A program made the position numbers and the translations under genes. Shown here piece after piece: positions 37,691 to 53,289 of a DNA stretch of 64,000 nt. The stretch is from positions 133,424,001 through 133,488,000 of the forward strand of contig NC_042999.1 of the NCBI RefSeq assembly GCF_006345805.1. The letters run 5' to 3'. Source of the stretch: Octopus sinensis. Its lineage: Eukaryota. Under the pieces are notes generated by a model, which was not told the origin of the DNA, made no database searches, and saw only the letters and a list, made by a program, of their open reading frames with translations. Positions within the stretch are counted from its first letter, which is position 1. Every line of letters starts with the position of its first letter.

Positions 37691-40600
37691 AATAATAATC
37701 CTTTGTACTGTAAGTACAAGGCTTGAGGTTCAGGTTTGGGTGGAAGTCGATTACTACTTGACTGGTACTTATTTTATCGACCCCGAGAGAATGAAAGGCA
37801 GAGTCAACTTCGGTAGCATTTGAACTCAGAACGTAAAAACGGACGAAATGCTGTTAAGCAATAAGCTCTAATTAATACCGTCGTTCGACATACGTGAAAT
37901 ACTAGAAATAGCAGCCAAATCGATCTCAAATTATACTTCATCTTCTTAGAAAATATAACACTATGGATATTGAGAAAAGGGTGCCTAAGGGAAAAAAACT
38001 GGAGGGTCATGTGTTGAATGTCTTTATATTCTTAATTAGAAGTCTGTATTGGCAGCGCCTACATGGGGATAAACGAAACTTCTTTACTACTGCTACTACT
38101 ACTATTGCCATAACTACTGCTACTACTGCCACCAACACCGCCATTACTGCTGCTGCTTCTGCTGCTACTGCTACCACTTAAAATAGCACTCATGTTTTTG
38201 TTGAGATATCAAATTTAACAACTTTAGACAGGTTACCTCGGCCTTTTCAGTCGGAAGTGAAGCGAGAGGAAGTAAGAGAGGAAAATAAACAAAAGAATAA
38301 GAGAGGGCGGACCTATGAAAAAAAAGAAGAAAGAAAGAAAGAATGTAAAAATGGTTGAAAGTTAAGAAGAACAGGGTCATCGTAGTTCATATTGTCCCTT
38401 ATTTTATCACCAAATATCACATTACATATTAATTACCACAGTCGTCCATAACACACATCATACGTAAACCTATTTTCTTTGATAAAATATAATAGGAGTC
38501 CCGTTGACTTGGTGGTAAGTATTTCTGACACATGCACAGAAAAAACAAGCAAGTTATCATGGAATGAAAACAAAACGGCTGTATAAAGGTAAAGTAGGTT
38601 TGATTTTAGTAAGATGGTTTTATTCCGTTTCGCAGATTATTATTTCTGGTTTCTCCAACTTTAATACTTTATATTACCTAGGTTTCGTTTGTGGCTTATG
38701 CTTCTCTTGTGGCGACCGTACTTAAAAACAATTTTGCTAAATTTATACTTTCAACATTTATGAAGTCTGTTCGGGATGTTGAGCCAATGAAAGAGCTTCT
38801 ATCTAGTACTGCCATTTGCTAAAAATAGTAGTCAAATCTCAAGCGAACCACAGCCTATTGTTTTAAAAAATTATGTTTGGACGTTGTAATCTGTGGCATA
38901 TTATTACTAAAAGAATCTTGAATAATTTTTTTCATAAGTTTAATCAACCTGCACCAACATGAGATAACAGCACCACCAACAACAACAACAATGATATTTG
39001 TACCGAAGGGTACTGATTGTGACCATACATACAAGAAAGCTTCCTAAATTTTAGATTTCTTCTTCAGAGCTAAAAGCTATACTAATTTTCTTCGGTTAAC
39101 AAAGCTTTTCAATGATTGGGATAGAGCAGTTGCTTTATGCATGGAAATTATACAGACAGCGTCCAAACAAAAGCCATATAGTTAATTTACGAAACCACTA
39201 ATCCTCGCTCCTACCCGCATCTCTGAACGAACAAGCAGTTCTGACTGTCGCCCCACGTCTCTTTTCCTCACTATGTGTCTGCCTTTCACCATGTGCCTAA
39301 CTTCTACAGCCTGCGTACTAAGTATGCTTTTCATTGGTTTTTTAACTTGTTTCATCTTTAAAGCTCTGGTCATGCTGGTGCAAGCCAGTATATTCTGCTA
39401 AGAATTCAAAACTCAGGCTTAGAAGCTGAGACTAAATGTATTTTGATATCATAAAAGATTGCTATTTACAGGTAAATAAAATTTTAAGGGCAGTTTCCTT
39501 ACAATGGTTGTTAAGTACTCAGAAATATTACTTCATGTTAAGTAACGATCTCTGACCATAACAAAAAATATGTACACTAAGGGAAACCAATAAAGTAGTT
39601 AGATAAATGTATTAAAAACTCTGGACGAGACTTCAAACTTGATCTATACAACAGATGGCATAAATATACAGCAGAAACAGAATCTGAAAATGACAGACAA
39701 ATAATTCTTCCAAATCCGCCTGTACACATTCATACAGAAATGAGATCGATCATCTAGATATTTTTATGTAGAACTATGTAGAAGAAACGTACTTGGTATA
39801 AAAACATTAACTCTAGAGAGCAAAAAGATCTGGCTGAGAGAAATTAGGTATACCTACCCAGAAATATAAATGAAGCGCTGGACTGAAGAACTCACTAATA
39901 ATTAAACATTACAAAATCAAAAAGTTGTTGCACTCAGAATGTAAAGAAGCACAGAATTATATAACAGAAATAGACACTCCACCCATAAATTCCTCACGAA
40001 CTACAATCACGACTAATGCATTAAGTTGTGGATGCCTTAACAATGTTTTATCTCTGTGTGACCATATATATCGATATATTTTAGCCAACGCTGTGTAATA
40101 GAATGGATTAGCCGGATTAATTTCAATACTGATTTAGGCACCAGCTACTGTAAACTCTTCTTCAACTGTCCTCAGATGTATTGCTAATAAATCCCAAATG
40201 TATTTTTCGAACATTGTTCCTTGGAGCCATTTCGCTAATGGGATGAGTAGCAAAGAAGTGACCAGTTCCTTGTAGTCATGGTCGGATTCGTAATAAGGTA
40301 TACCAATCATTCATAGTGAGTCTAAACGGCCTTACAGTGTCTAGGAGCGATGAACATCTCCGGGAAAACTCTGGGATTCAATGAAAATCAACTGCCTGGT
40401 CTTTTCCAGAAAAATATCGGGGTGTGAACACCCTGTAACTATTTTTTTTTTTGTCAGTGTGTTATTTCCTACGTGTTTCTATCTAGAAATCAAAGGTAAT
40501 GACTACTTTCCCCTTCAAACTTTGCTTCTGTGACCTGGACATCAATATTTTGAAACTGACCCGTTTTCCATTACGTTTCAGACAAGATTCAGCACTGAGT

Positions 40601-40869
40601 TGCTGAAGCAGAAATATCGTTATAGCAAATGTTCAGCTCAATACCACACATTTATTTGTCAGTTGCTTGACCTTAACCACTTGAGCATGTCCCATAATGG
40701 CTGACAATATGAGCGTCTCTATCATGAGCCGGAGTAGTTGGGGAGCATCATAGCCGTGTTTTGAGAAGGAATCTTTAGGGTTTGAATAAATGTAACTAAA
40801 GCAAAGATTATAGGAAATATTACCCATTTTTCATACTTTCTAAGGAAATGACAGTCGCTACCCTAGGAC

Positions 40870-41240
40870 AAAAATCGTGTTGCACAGCGTAATTTTCAGA
40901 AATCTTTGGCTTGGTAGTGCTGCCAGGGGCTTTACTGGTTCCATGTAAATTTTACAGATATGGTAGTGTTGTCAACCGCGCCTGCCAGAAATTCGCGCAA
41001 GGTGACGAAACATTCATTCACGCGCTTTTACATTGTTCCAGCAACGTCAAATTGTGGAGTCATGTCGAAACAGCTGCAATCAGGTGTAGGATGCATTCGG
41101 CTCTCACCGACTCCACCTGGAAGGACGCCCCACTGTCTTTCTTTGGTCGGGAAGGGCAAGCTGCTTTCTTCTGCCGGGTGTCCATTTAGAAATAGGTAGT
41201 GTGGTGGAAGCGACTAAAAGGAATGAATATAGACACATTC
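40870..41240 (+). pseudogene. L1/Tx1-type LINE C-terminal zinc-knuckle (zf-RVT-like) remnant
   Basis: RACQKFAQGDETFIHALLHCSSNVKLW fits CxxC...ET..H...C...W. Confidence 0.6.
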
Positions 41241-41717
41241 GACAATACCCACGTGGCTTTTTTTTCAAGTTCCATCTGGAGAAGCAAGTGGATACAGAGT
41301 GGGAGATGCTGACCTGAATATATTTGGAAAAAGTAGATAAATATAGTGAGAATGGTGCAAGTGAATGAACTCACTCTAAGCATGAACCCTTAGGGTGAAA
41401 TGTAAGCAGAAGCTCTTGGCATAGATTTCCTGGAAATAAGGGTGATCAAAGCAGTGTGTGTGTGAGTATTTACCACCACCACCGCTTGACAACCGGTGGA
41501 GTTTCTTGGGTGCTCCTGGGTAGTGTTCGATCCGCCTCTGTCGGGGAATTCTAATTTTATGATTTTCTTGTTATTATTTATAGTGTTTACTACATGTATT
41601 TATGTATTAAATCACCAACGGTCTTTTGTCTTTGTATTCCAAACCGCTTCTCTTATTTTTTTGCAACCTTTTTGGACAATAAAGAAAATATTACTATTCT
41701 TCTTCTTCTTCTTCTTC

Positions 41718-41755
<38 letters not shown>

Positions 41756-41765
41756 TGTTTTTTTT

Positions 41766-42000
41766 TAAGGCGGCGAGCTGGTAGAAACTTTAGCACGCCG
41801 GGCGAAATGCTTAGTGGTATTTCGTCTGCGGTTACGCTCTGAGTTCAAATTCCGCCGAGGTCGACTTTGCCTTTCATCCTTTCGATGTCGATTAAATAAG
41901 TACCAGTTACGCACTGGGATCGATATAATCGACTTACTCCCTTTGTCTGTCCTTATTTGTCCTCTCTGTGTTTAGCCCCTTGTGGGTAGTAAGGAAATAG
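41766..42000 (+). mobile_element. tRNA-type SINE family S1, reference copy (partial second copy 42010-42130)
   Basis: Head GGCGGCGAGCTGG.AGAA, B-box GAGTTCAAATTCC, follows a (TTA)n tract; more than a dozen related copies in the window. Confidence 0.9.
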
Positions 42001-42240
42001 GTATTTCACACTGTCACTACGTTCTGAGTTCAAATTCCGCCGAGGTCCACTTTGCCTTTCATCCTTTCAGAGTCGATAAATTAAAAACCAGTCAAGTACT
42101 GGGGTCGATGTGATCGACTATCACGCCCCCCTACAAAAATACTAGAAAGGATTATTCTTATTAATTCTTTTGTGGTTGGTAGTCGATTAAATATACTCCC
42201 CAGTACTTGACTACTGTTACTCATTCTCCCCCTCTCTCTC

Positions 42241-42285
<45 letters not shown>

Positions 42286-42959
42286 TACACACACACACGT
42301 ATGTATGTATTTCTGTGTATACGTAGCTATTTATTTGTGTGGAGGTGTTTGGGCGTGTATGTCTGTTTTTATAAATGCATGCACCCATGCATATAGGGAG
42401 AATGTTTATCTTTTTATGAATATTCAATTTGTTTTGCATTCTCTCATTTAAAAAGAATAAGAAATAGGCTTAACACAGAAGAGCATAAATACAAGCAGAT
42501 AGAATTCGGTTACGTTTGTCAATACATGAGTGAATATACCATAATGAATTTAGATATTTGTACCCCACTTGTGTACAGGAGGTAATTACACGCTCGAATC
42601 GAAACTCAGCTACTTCTCGTTCATAGATTTCATTGGCCCAAAAGCAATGAAATGAATATTCAGCCGAATTTGAATGTAAGGAGACGTTGACTAAATTTTA
42701 AAAAAGCTCAACCGATTTCGCAAACTATTGTATTTAAGAATGAACACATTATGACAATTTTAAGGTAAGCGGGAAAATGTGTTGTTATGAACTTTATAAA
42801 TTATTTCAGATTATTCGCGGCATGTGCAAAATGAATTTGTTTTAATGAAATATACGCAAATAAAAATGGGGGGGGTCGTATGGGTCGCAAGGAGAACTGA
42901 AATCGGGGTGAATGGCGTTTGCCTAATTGACTTATAAACATAGGATGAAATATATTCGC

Positions 42960-43019
<60 letters not shown>

Positions 43020-43785
43020 GTATGTATTATGTATGTATATATATATATATACATACAAATAAAATGGGACAAAAACGAAAAACATCCAGACAGTTAGGTG
43101 ATACGAAAAGGGACAACAAAACATCCAGATAGACGATACAAAGAAAACAAAGACGAGTCATTCGGAGTTTTCTTTCCTCAGTCGAGTTCCAAATTATGTT
43201 TGCAATTTCGGCTGGTTATACTCGAGATTGCTCAAATCTGGCCAGCCCCAAGGAAAAACTAAGCTAAGAGCATTAGATTCCTTGGAAGAAAGCAGCGAAT
43301 GTATACGGAAACAAGAACGGAAAAAAAAGGAGAATGTTACACAAATACAAATAGCAGGACATAACAACAGATGTCTTTCGACTAAGGACGAATTAAATTA
43401 AACTGGCTTATGTGGAAATAAAGCTTTACGGCAGGGATACAAGATTTCGCAGGCACAGGGAGGAATACCGATATTGCATGGACGACGACCGAACCAAGAA
43501 AGATCAGGCTTGGCCGAACACCGGCCACATGGGGAGAGAAGAGAGAGGTAGAGGCAGAGGGACAGAAGAATCAAGGAGGGATGAGAAAATGACAGGGACA
43601 CAGTGAAGTGAAAAGAGGAGGGAAAGTGGGCAACAAGAGAAGGCAGGCAAATGCGAGAGAGGGGGAACGAAAGAACGAAGGGTGGAATGAACAGATAAGC
43701 GTGAAAGGGCTGATAGAGTGAATAGAGTCGTAGAAGATTTAGATAAATATATACTTACATATAAGAGACCAAAGTGCACGTACGC

Positions 43786-43830
<45 letters not shown>

Positions 43831-43983
43831 AAATGGGACAAGAACGCAAAACATCCAGTTAGGTGATACATAAAAGTGACAACAAAACATCCAAATAGAC
43901 AATACAAAGAAAACAAGGACGGGTCCTTGTTTTGAAGGGGTTTTTTAATCGATCAAATCAAGACAGGACTTTTTTTGAAAATC

Positions 43984-44021
<38 letters not shown>

Positions 44022-44483
44022 ACACCAGTACTCCTAACCTCAGCCTAACCCACACCCGACCCTTGATTTCCCCACTCTCGCTTCCCCCACCTCCCAATAC
44101 CCTCACACCACACATATTCGTGTGTATGTGCATCCATCCATATGTGTGTGTAAATGTATTAGTGAGTGTATGCGTATATGTATGTGTGTATGTGTGAATG
44201 TACGTACGTATGCAAGGTATATATACCTGCATATACAGGGGCGATAATACACCATATCACACAACACATCACATCAATCACACCACCACGCACACACCAG
44301 CACTAACCACTTCCCAACCCCACATTTTCACACCTACACATACACACACGCACATGTCAAGGTCACCAGCCCTCTTCCACACACACGTACATACTCACTT
44401 ATACACAAGCACGCGCACCTTCGTTTGGGGTTTATTGCTACTTTATTATCTCCCCTTCTTCCTAGCCCTCCTGTGTGACCCTT

Positions 44484-44781
<298 letters not shown>

Positions 44782-44803
44782 ATATATGCATGCATGTATA
44801 TAT

Positions 44804-44855
<52 letters not shown>

Positions 44856-45112
44856 AATATAGGGATGGAATTATTAAAATATCATCACGAGTGGCAAACG
44901 AATTATCACCCTTACAGGTAAATAATAAAATATATACATACAATATTAGATAGGTACATATATGCACACGGGTACTACATGAGTACCTATATCGCTAAAG
45001 ATGGAAGTGAAAAAATACTTCTCTATCACCGAATAGTCACACATCTATTACAGATATGATAGGAAAAAATATCAGTGAAAATTAACGTCTTACCTCTATG
45101 TACATATCTAAT

Positions 45113-45161
<49 letters not shown>

Positions 45162-46008
45162 GACGGGCTTTCAGTTTCCGCCAACAAAGGCTTCGGTTGG
45201 CCCGACGCTATAGTAGAAAGCACCTGCCCAAGGTGCCACGCAGTGGGATTGAACCAGGAACCATGATATGTAGATTTCGTATACTTTTTAATAGCAATTT
45301 CCTATCCGTCTTATTGTATTACTCTACATACAATAAGTAAATAAATAAATAAAATTAAATAATAAAACATGATCTTGTCCCCTGTTAAAAAAAAATATCG
45401 TGTAAAGTATCACCTTACTGTTGTTAATTTATCTGTACAGGGCTGAGACGGCGTTAAACAAGCTATTATCTATGCGAGTGTCAGACATCGAATGAATGAC
45501 TTTCTTGTCGGTAGGATGTGATGTAAATGACTCTGTGACACAGCAACTAATTTGGCCCCAAGTGATTTTGATCAAGTGACATGAAGTGACAAAATGACAC
45601 CGACTCAAAAGACAGATAGTAAGATTATAAGGAAGCCATGTTGACATGAACACAAAGGTGAGCTGAGAGAAATGTAAGAGACTACGTACAACTCTTTGTT
45701 GTAAATTATATGCCTGCAACAATTTTGACATTCATAAAGACCAGCTCACACACGTCACAACAACAGGAACACATATATATATATATATTCCTATATTTAC
45801 ATCGATACATACACACATATACACATATATCCATGTGTGTGGTGTGTGTATACATTCATAGCTAAAACGACATAGGTAGAAGATAGAGATACACGATAGA
45901 CATGACTAGCTGTATTCATAAATATATAATTACGAGTGATTTTTATATACATGCACAAAAACACTCACTCACGCACACAAATACCCATTCATACACACTC
46001 TCACTCAC

Positions 46009-46087
<79 letters not shown>

Positions 46088-46127
46088 ACACACATATATA
46101 TACATATAAATATACATACAAACACAA

Positions 46128-46182
<55 letters not shown>

Positions 46183-46383
46183 CAATCAAATTATATATAT
46201 GTACGCAAGATAGATAGATAGATAGATAAAGATATATGTTGTCGGTTATATAGGGTTACATGTAATTTCATGGTTTTATCGTCACATATAATGGTGCACT
46301 TGTACGTATTCATACATATATACGCCCTGTGTCCTTATCTGTCAACAGGAGTGTTTGTATATGTGTATGTGTGTATGTATGTA

Positions 46384-46429
<46 letters not shown>

Positions 46430-46916
46430 GGGATTTATATACACACACATCTATGCCTTTGTATATGTGTGGCTAAGAGGCTAGCTTTGCAACCGCGCGG
46501 TTTCTGGTTCAGCCCTATTGTGTGACACATTGGGCAAGTGTCTTCTACTACGGTCCCGGGTTAAGCAATACGTTGTGATTGAATTTAGAATGCACAAACT
46601 GTGTGGAGGTCCGTCGTATATGTATATATGTATGTATTTATGTATGTATGTATGTTTGTATTTATGTATGTATATATATGCATATATATATATATGTATA
46701 TATATATATAAACATATATATGTATATATGTATATATATATATAGATATATATATATATATATAGATATATAATATATATGTATATATATGTATAGATAT
46801 ATTATATATATATAATATGTATATATGTAATATATACTATATAGTATATATACATTCATATATATACATATATATATACATATATATACATATATATACA
46901 TATGCATATACATATA

Positions 46917-47110
46917 GTTTAAATTTACAGAAAATAAAAGACGAAGACAGGTGAGGGAAGAACAAGTAGGCGTATTAGTTTGACGCTCGGGAGGAATGGA
47001 AAAGATTTTGACGTTTCGAACCTATGCTCATCGACAGAAAGTGTTGGGAGGGGGGGAAGGAGAGAGAACCTAACAAAACGGTGAATGAAAAAATGTGTTG
47101 GGATCAACGG
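46917..47110 (-). mobile_element. Family B element with a hammerhead-like motif
   Basis: Minus strand 47041-47006 reads CTTT-CTGTCGA-T-GAGC-ATAG-GTTC-GAAA-CG-TC-AAAA; adjacent to (TA)n. Confidence 0.7.
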
Positions 47111-47161
47111 TTCAACATGATGATAATATATGCGCGATATGTGTGTGTGTGTGTTGTGTGT

Positions 47162-47217
<56 letters not shown>

Positions 47218-47542
47218 TGACTTTGTGCTTGTGCTTCCCTTCTAAAATCGGTTGAAAATTGTTATGTGTTTGCCGCCCAGCAAAGAATTAGAAAGAATAA
47301 GCACGAGTGAAATTATGCATTTAAATGTCTAGACGGCTAGTGAGTTGTGTTCTTGAGCAAAGTACTTCAACTTACGTTGGTCTGAGGTCACTTCGACACC
47401 TGACGCATGGTAAACCGTGGACCTGCTCGGGCAACGTTGATTTGTTGCAAATTATTTGTGCAGGTAGTCCGGTTAAAAGCTGAACTCTCAAACGTCGTCT
47501 TCGTTGGAGAGTTCATCATATATATATATATATATATATAAT

Positions 47543-47598
<56 letters not shown>

Positions 47599-47873
47599 TA
47601 CACACACATTCATACAATACGTTTATATAATTATATATACATTAATAGATAGCTACACAACACACATACACACACACACCAACATATATATATGTATATA
47701 TATATAGATATATATATATATTATATATAGTTATTAATAAAATTATTAAATACGGTGTATAAATATTTTGGTGTGCTACTGTGACTATATATGCATTCAT
47801 ATATGTGCATTACCAAGCAATTAACGATATATATCTCTGTTCGTGTTTCTGAATACGAGAGAGAGAGAGATAG

Positions 47874-47957
<84 letters not shown>

Positions 47958-48409
47958 TGTGTGTGTGAGTGTTTGTGTGTGTGTTTGTGTGTACACTACA
48001 AGAAAAAAAGACTGAAAGACAAAGAAAATAAAGGCAAACAGCAAGAACTGTGGTGTGTGGCTAAGTGGTTAAGGTAATGATTTCATGATTGTAAGCCTGT
48101 GGTTTCGATTCCTGGATCGGGTGATGTGATGTGATCTTGAGCAAAAGTCTTCATTTTTCGTTGCTCCAGTCAATTCAGGTGCCAAAAATTAGTATTTCTG
48201 CCATATACAGTCCGGGGGAAGATTATATATGCTAGAGTATCTGGGAAACCGGCCCTATGAATCTATTTGACTGGGAAAATACTCTTCAAAAATGAAAGAA
48301 AAATTAAAGATAATGGGGCTGATGGATCATTAGTTACTTATTCAGTTAGACAGATAGACAGACAGACAAAGAGAAAAAAGAAGAGGCACTAAAATACGCG
48401 CGCACACTC

Positions 48410-48495
<86 letters not shown>

Positions 48496-48628
48496 CATTC
48501 ATCTATTAATATATAATATATATATAATAATATAATAATCATTATCTATTAATATATATATGTATATATTATATATATCATTCATCTATTACTATATATA
48601 TTATATATATATATAATATATTATATAT

Positions 48629-48661
<33 letters not shown>

Positions 48662-48987
48662 ATATATGGGAAACATGCAAACACACACATATGCGTTGGT
48701 AAGTAGACAGGCAGACTGATGACTATAATAGATCGCAGAATACATAGCAACATAATTAGATAGCCATAATGAGCATATGAAATTGTAAAGAGCTTAATAT
48801 ATATAATTAAAAATTGTAAGGCAGCTGCTATTCGTGAATTCTACTTTAGGTCAATAGAGGAATGTTCCAGCAATCAGAGATATATTTATTCCCACTCCGG
48901 AGATTTTACAAGAGACACACAAACTATCATTATTAATTGTCATCCTCACTTTTCTCTCTGCCTGATCCTCTCAGCCGTCAGTGGCTA

Positions 48988-49140
48988 TAGGCGCAGGAAT
49001 GGCTGTGAGGTAAGTCGCTTGCTTACCAACCACATGGTTCTGTGTTCAGTCCCATTGCGTGGCACCTTGGACAAGGGTCTTCTACTATAGCTTCAGCCTT
49101 GTGAGTGGATATTGTAGACGGAAAGTGAAAGAAGCCCCTC
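48988..49140 (+). mobile_element. S2 SINE head (similar partial copies 45160-45265 -, 46480-46620 +, 60900-60990 +)
   Basis: AGGCGCAGGAATGGCTGTGAGGTAAG...GTTCAGTCCCATTGCGTGGCACCTTGG. Confidence 0.8.
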
Positions 49141-49141
49141 G

Positions 49142-49218
<77 letters not shown>

Positions 49219-49833
49219 GTGTGTGTGTATATACTCTCCCTATATATATATTAATAGTAACTAGTAATATTAGTGGCGATCGAAAACATGAAACTTGCAG
49301 GCAAAATAATATTAATACTCCAATTTGTTTTTTGTACGTATCTGACGCGTGTGTCACGCTTAGAGAAATAAATTGTTCAACGAAATTTTGTTGCTTAAAT
49401 AAAAATGTTTAACTAAATCTCGTGTAATTTCCGGAAGAGATTTGAAACCGACACCTACGTGTTATATTATTACTTCTCCACATCGATACCTACTGGGCCA
49501 ACGAATCAGCAACGTTTTTAATGGCAAAATTAAGATACTTAAATTTGACTCGTGTGTCGAGCAAGGGAGAAAGAAAGAGAGAGGGAGAGGCAGTGACTGA
49601 TAGGTATTTGAATTAGTTTCTACGATTGAACTGAAATTGACTCGTAGCTATTAAGGGGCCAGCCACACACAAACACACACTCAGACATTTGCATTAGGTC
49701 TTCTACCCATTTGAATTCGGCCATACACCAGATAACATGTTATGTCTTATGTTCCGAAATTTAAATTTTGAATTTGTTTTTATTTTTAAATTACACCTCA
49801 GCTAAAAAACATCTTTTAGCTTTCGAATACAAC

Positions 49834-50456
49834 TAAGTAACAGGATGTCAAGTAGTAATGCATGCAATACAACCGTTTCAAGCGGCTCCATTTAATTGAA
49901 CAATGTAATCATTATATCAATTTAAATTTAGCGCTATCTTCAGCTGCACGAAATATGGATTTTCACTTGACAAGATATATTTATATATTTTTCTTAAATA
50001 TTTTAACAGAGCAAGAGGATGGAAGAATTTTATGTTCTCACTATTGCAGCAAGAATAATTAAGAGAAGAACAAACAACAATTTTGGAGTGGCGTGGAACA
50101 CAGTAGGGGTCATAAGGTTGTAATTCCTTTCCAATTTATCTATCTTCTTATCATTAACAAGAAATCTAAGACTAGAAGACTGCATATATTCGAAAGTGCA
50201 AAGTGAGTTGACAGCTCATATCTGTCTCTTGGTCATGAATTTCATACTATAATACGTACCCTTCAACCCGCAAAGAAAAGAAGCAAAACTTTAGTAATAA
50301 ATATCTATTTATAATATAGCTTGTCTGTTGAAAATCCATATTTCGTGCAGCTGAAGATAGCGCTGTATTTAATTTGATCTAATGATTACATTTTTCAATT
50401 AAATGGAGTCGCTTGAAGCGGTCGTACCGCATTACAATTTGACATCCTGTTACTTA
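49834..50456. mobile_element. MITE with ~125-bp imperfect terminal inverted repeats
   Basis: TAAGTAACAGGATGTCAA...CAGCTGCACGAAATATGGAT (49834-49960) versus ATCCATATTTCGTGCAGCTG...TTGACATCCTGTTACTTA (50334-50456). Confidence 0.8.
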
Positions 50457-50623
50457 TTTTGATTTTATTCACCTTGCTTTGAGCTATGTGGATAATACCG
50501 GAGTCACTTGATGCTTCAACTTAAGTATCTAATTCAACTAAATCTTAATTACTTCCTTTCTATATATATATATAAATCATATATATATAATTATTATTAT
50601 ATATACATATATATAATATATAT

Positions 50624-50694
<71 letters not shown>

Positions 50695-50721
50695 ATATAT
50701 AGTATATATATATATATATAT

Positions 50722-51110
50722 AAGGCGTACGGTTTTAGAGGTATGCTTCCCACAACATGACCCCATGTTCAATCCAACTGCGTGTATCTTTAGGCAAGTG
50801 TCTTCTATTATAATCTCAGTGACTGCCGTATGAGAGGATTTGGTAGACGAAAACTGAAAGAAGCCTGTCGTGTATGTGTGTGTCTTTGAGTGGGTGATTG
50901 TGTGTGTGTCTTTGTGTCTGTGTTTGTCTCCACCACCGCTTAACAACTGGTGTTGGTTTTTTACGTCTATATAACACAGTGGTTCAGCGAAGGCTACTGA
51001 TAGATTAAGTGTCAGGTTCAAAATATAACTGCGGTCTACTCATTTGACGAAAACTCTTCAAGGTAGTGCCCCAAGATGGCTGCAGTCTAATGACCGAAAC
51101 AATCAAGGCT
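50722..51110 (+). mobile_element. SINE family S2, diverged
   Basis: Colinear with the S2 reference copy. Confidence 0.75.
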
Positions 51111-52535
51111 CTCTAATTTAATAGAATGTCACTCCATAGAAATTTTACTGAATATAAAGGATATAATGAGGATTACATAGGTCAAGTAAAACTTTTTCCT
51201 CAGAAATCGACTGGTTAATCATCGTCAACAAATACGAGATCCTAGTACTAGACAGATCCTACTGAGTGAGTGCATAGAAATATGTGCAAAATGTAAGTCT
51301 CCAAAATTCCAAGTCTTCCCACTTTACTTTTGTTCAATAAACAAATAAACGAAAAGATACTCATACAAATATGCAAAGCACAACTAAATAACATTTGACA
51401 CACTGCATTCAACAAGTAGTCACAAACAAAAGCATTCCGCCATTTCACATGTTGAATTTACACAGTCAATAACCTTAACTTTGGGCACAACCATGACATT
51501 TTCCTACATTACACTAACATCATTTCAATGGAGAACAAACAAATTTGTATGCTCAAATCGATTCATTCAAATCAAATCTATTCAGCCATTGGATATACTA
51601 AAGTTTACAAAGCCTCAATTTTTTGAGATTCTCAATAGTCACATGCAGTGAGATATGACATTTTAATTTTTGCATTACTTTACTTGCCTACACTTAAGTA
51701 CGACTAATAAGATCCCAAACTTCCAACTTCACCTATATTCAACCAGTAGCACAATTGAAACACGAATATATTTACAAAAACTTACAAAGCACGACTGAAA
51801 TAATAACCCACCGCTAATAATAGAGATCTAACAAAATTTGATGATTTCATACAAACAATTCCTGCCCACTCTGCCATTTGACAGATTAAATTTAGAGAGC
51901 CTCAACTGTTTAGGATTGTTACTAGACACATTCACTCAAACGTGTCATCCTTAATTTTCGATATCAAAAATATTTTCACATGACATTAACTTAGCGGGGT
52001 CCTAACAAATATTTCTAAGCCTAATCGCATGATCATCTTCTATCAATCAAATTATATTCTAAACAAATACTAATTTGAGCCATGTGAACGTGCGTGGCTT
52101 GGTAGTTAGTGTACGATCGAAATGCCATGAGTTCGATTCCCGCCGATGCGCCGTGTCCTTAAGCAAGGCACTTTATTTTACCTTGCTCCAGTACATTCAA
52201 CTGGTAAAAATGAGATGCATCTATACTTCAAAGGGTCAGTATTGTCATATTTTGTGTGACGCTGAATTTTCTTGACAACTATGTCAAGAGTACGTGTGTA
52301 CCGTTGATCGGATCAACTAGAGCGCTCATCATTGTAACCGGAGGAAGGACAGTTTAGTTTCAGCTATATTCTCTGCATGAAAACAAGAGAATTTTGAAAC
52401 ACTGGTCACATATCCTCACGTCGTTCTATATCATTTATCTATTTAACTTCTGAAATTCAGAAAAGTCTATGAAACCGGCTAAGCGTGTAAAAAAAAGCCA
52501 TTTAAAAGACTCCCAGTGCATTTTCCATTTTCTTT

Positions 52536-52567
<32 letters not shown>

Positions 52568-52582
<15 letters not shown>

Positions 52583-52687
52583 ATCCAAACAAGAAAACAC
52601 AAAGAAAAACACAACAACGCGAGGACGTGGAACAAGTATAGTGTTATTAGACGCTCAGGAAAGGGAAGAAAGAAGGAGGATTTAACT
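52568..52687 (-). mobile_element. Family A fragment lacking the hammerhead
   Basis: Matches 26029-26134; homology stops at ...GGAGGATTTAAC. Confidence 0.8.
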
Positions 52688-52827
52688 TACTTTCCTTAAC
52701 ATGAAACAGACGATAGCCTTAATTCAAAAATAAAGAAATGATACCCACCAATGCGGTGTTGAGCACTCATTTTCATTGTTCGAGAATAATGTATATGTAT
52801 ACATATATTATATATATATATATATAT

Positions 52828-53035
52828 ACGACCGCATGTGTACCGTTGGCGATTTTTTTCCTCCGTCTTCCCTTCCTAGGATCTTTCCTTTTCCTATGTT
52901 TCTGACGAAGAGCTCCGCTCGAAACGTTACATCCTCCTTCTTTCTTTCTTTTCCTGAGCGTCCAATAACACTATACTTGTTCCACGTCCTCGCGTTGATG
53001 TGTTTTCTCTCTGTGTTTTCATGTTTGGATTAACT
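52828..53035 (+). mobile_element. Family A element with a minimal hammerhead
   Basis: ATGTTT-CTGACGA (52902-52908)-A-GAGC-TCC-GCTC-GAAA-CG-TT-ACAT; (TA)n on both sides. Confidence 0.8.
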
Positions 53036-53289
53036 ATATATATATTTACACGACGGTTACGATGACGAGGCTTCCAACGGAACAGCCTGCTCGTGAAATT
53101 GACGTGCAAGTGGTTGAGCACTCCATAAACACGTGTAACCTTAACGTAGTTCTCGGGGAGATTCGGTGTGACACACAGTGTGACAAGGGTGGCCCATCAA
53201 ATACAGGTGAAAGAGTAAGCAGGGTTCGTCACAATACCCTGCCGGAGCCACGTGAAGCTTTAGGTGCTTTCGCTCAATAAAGACTTCTT

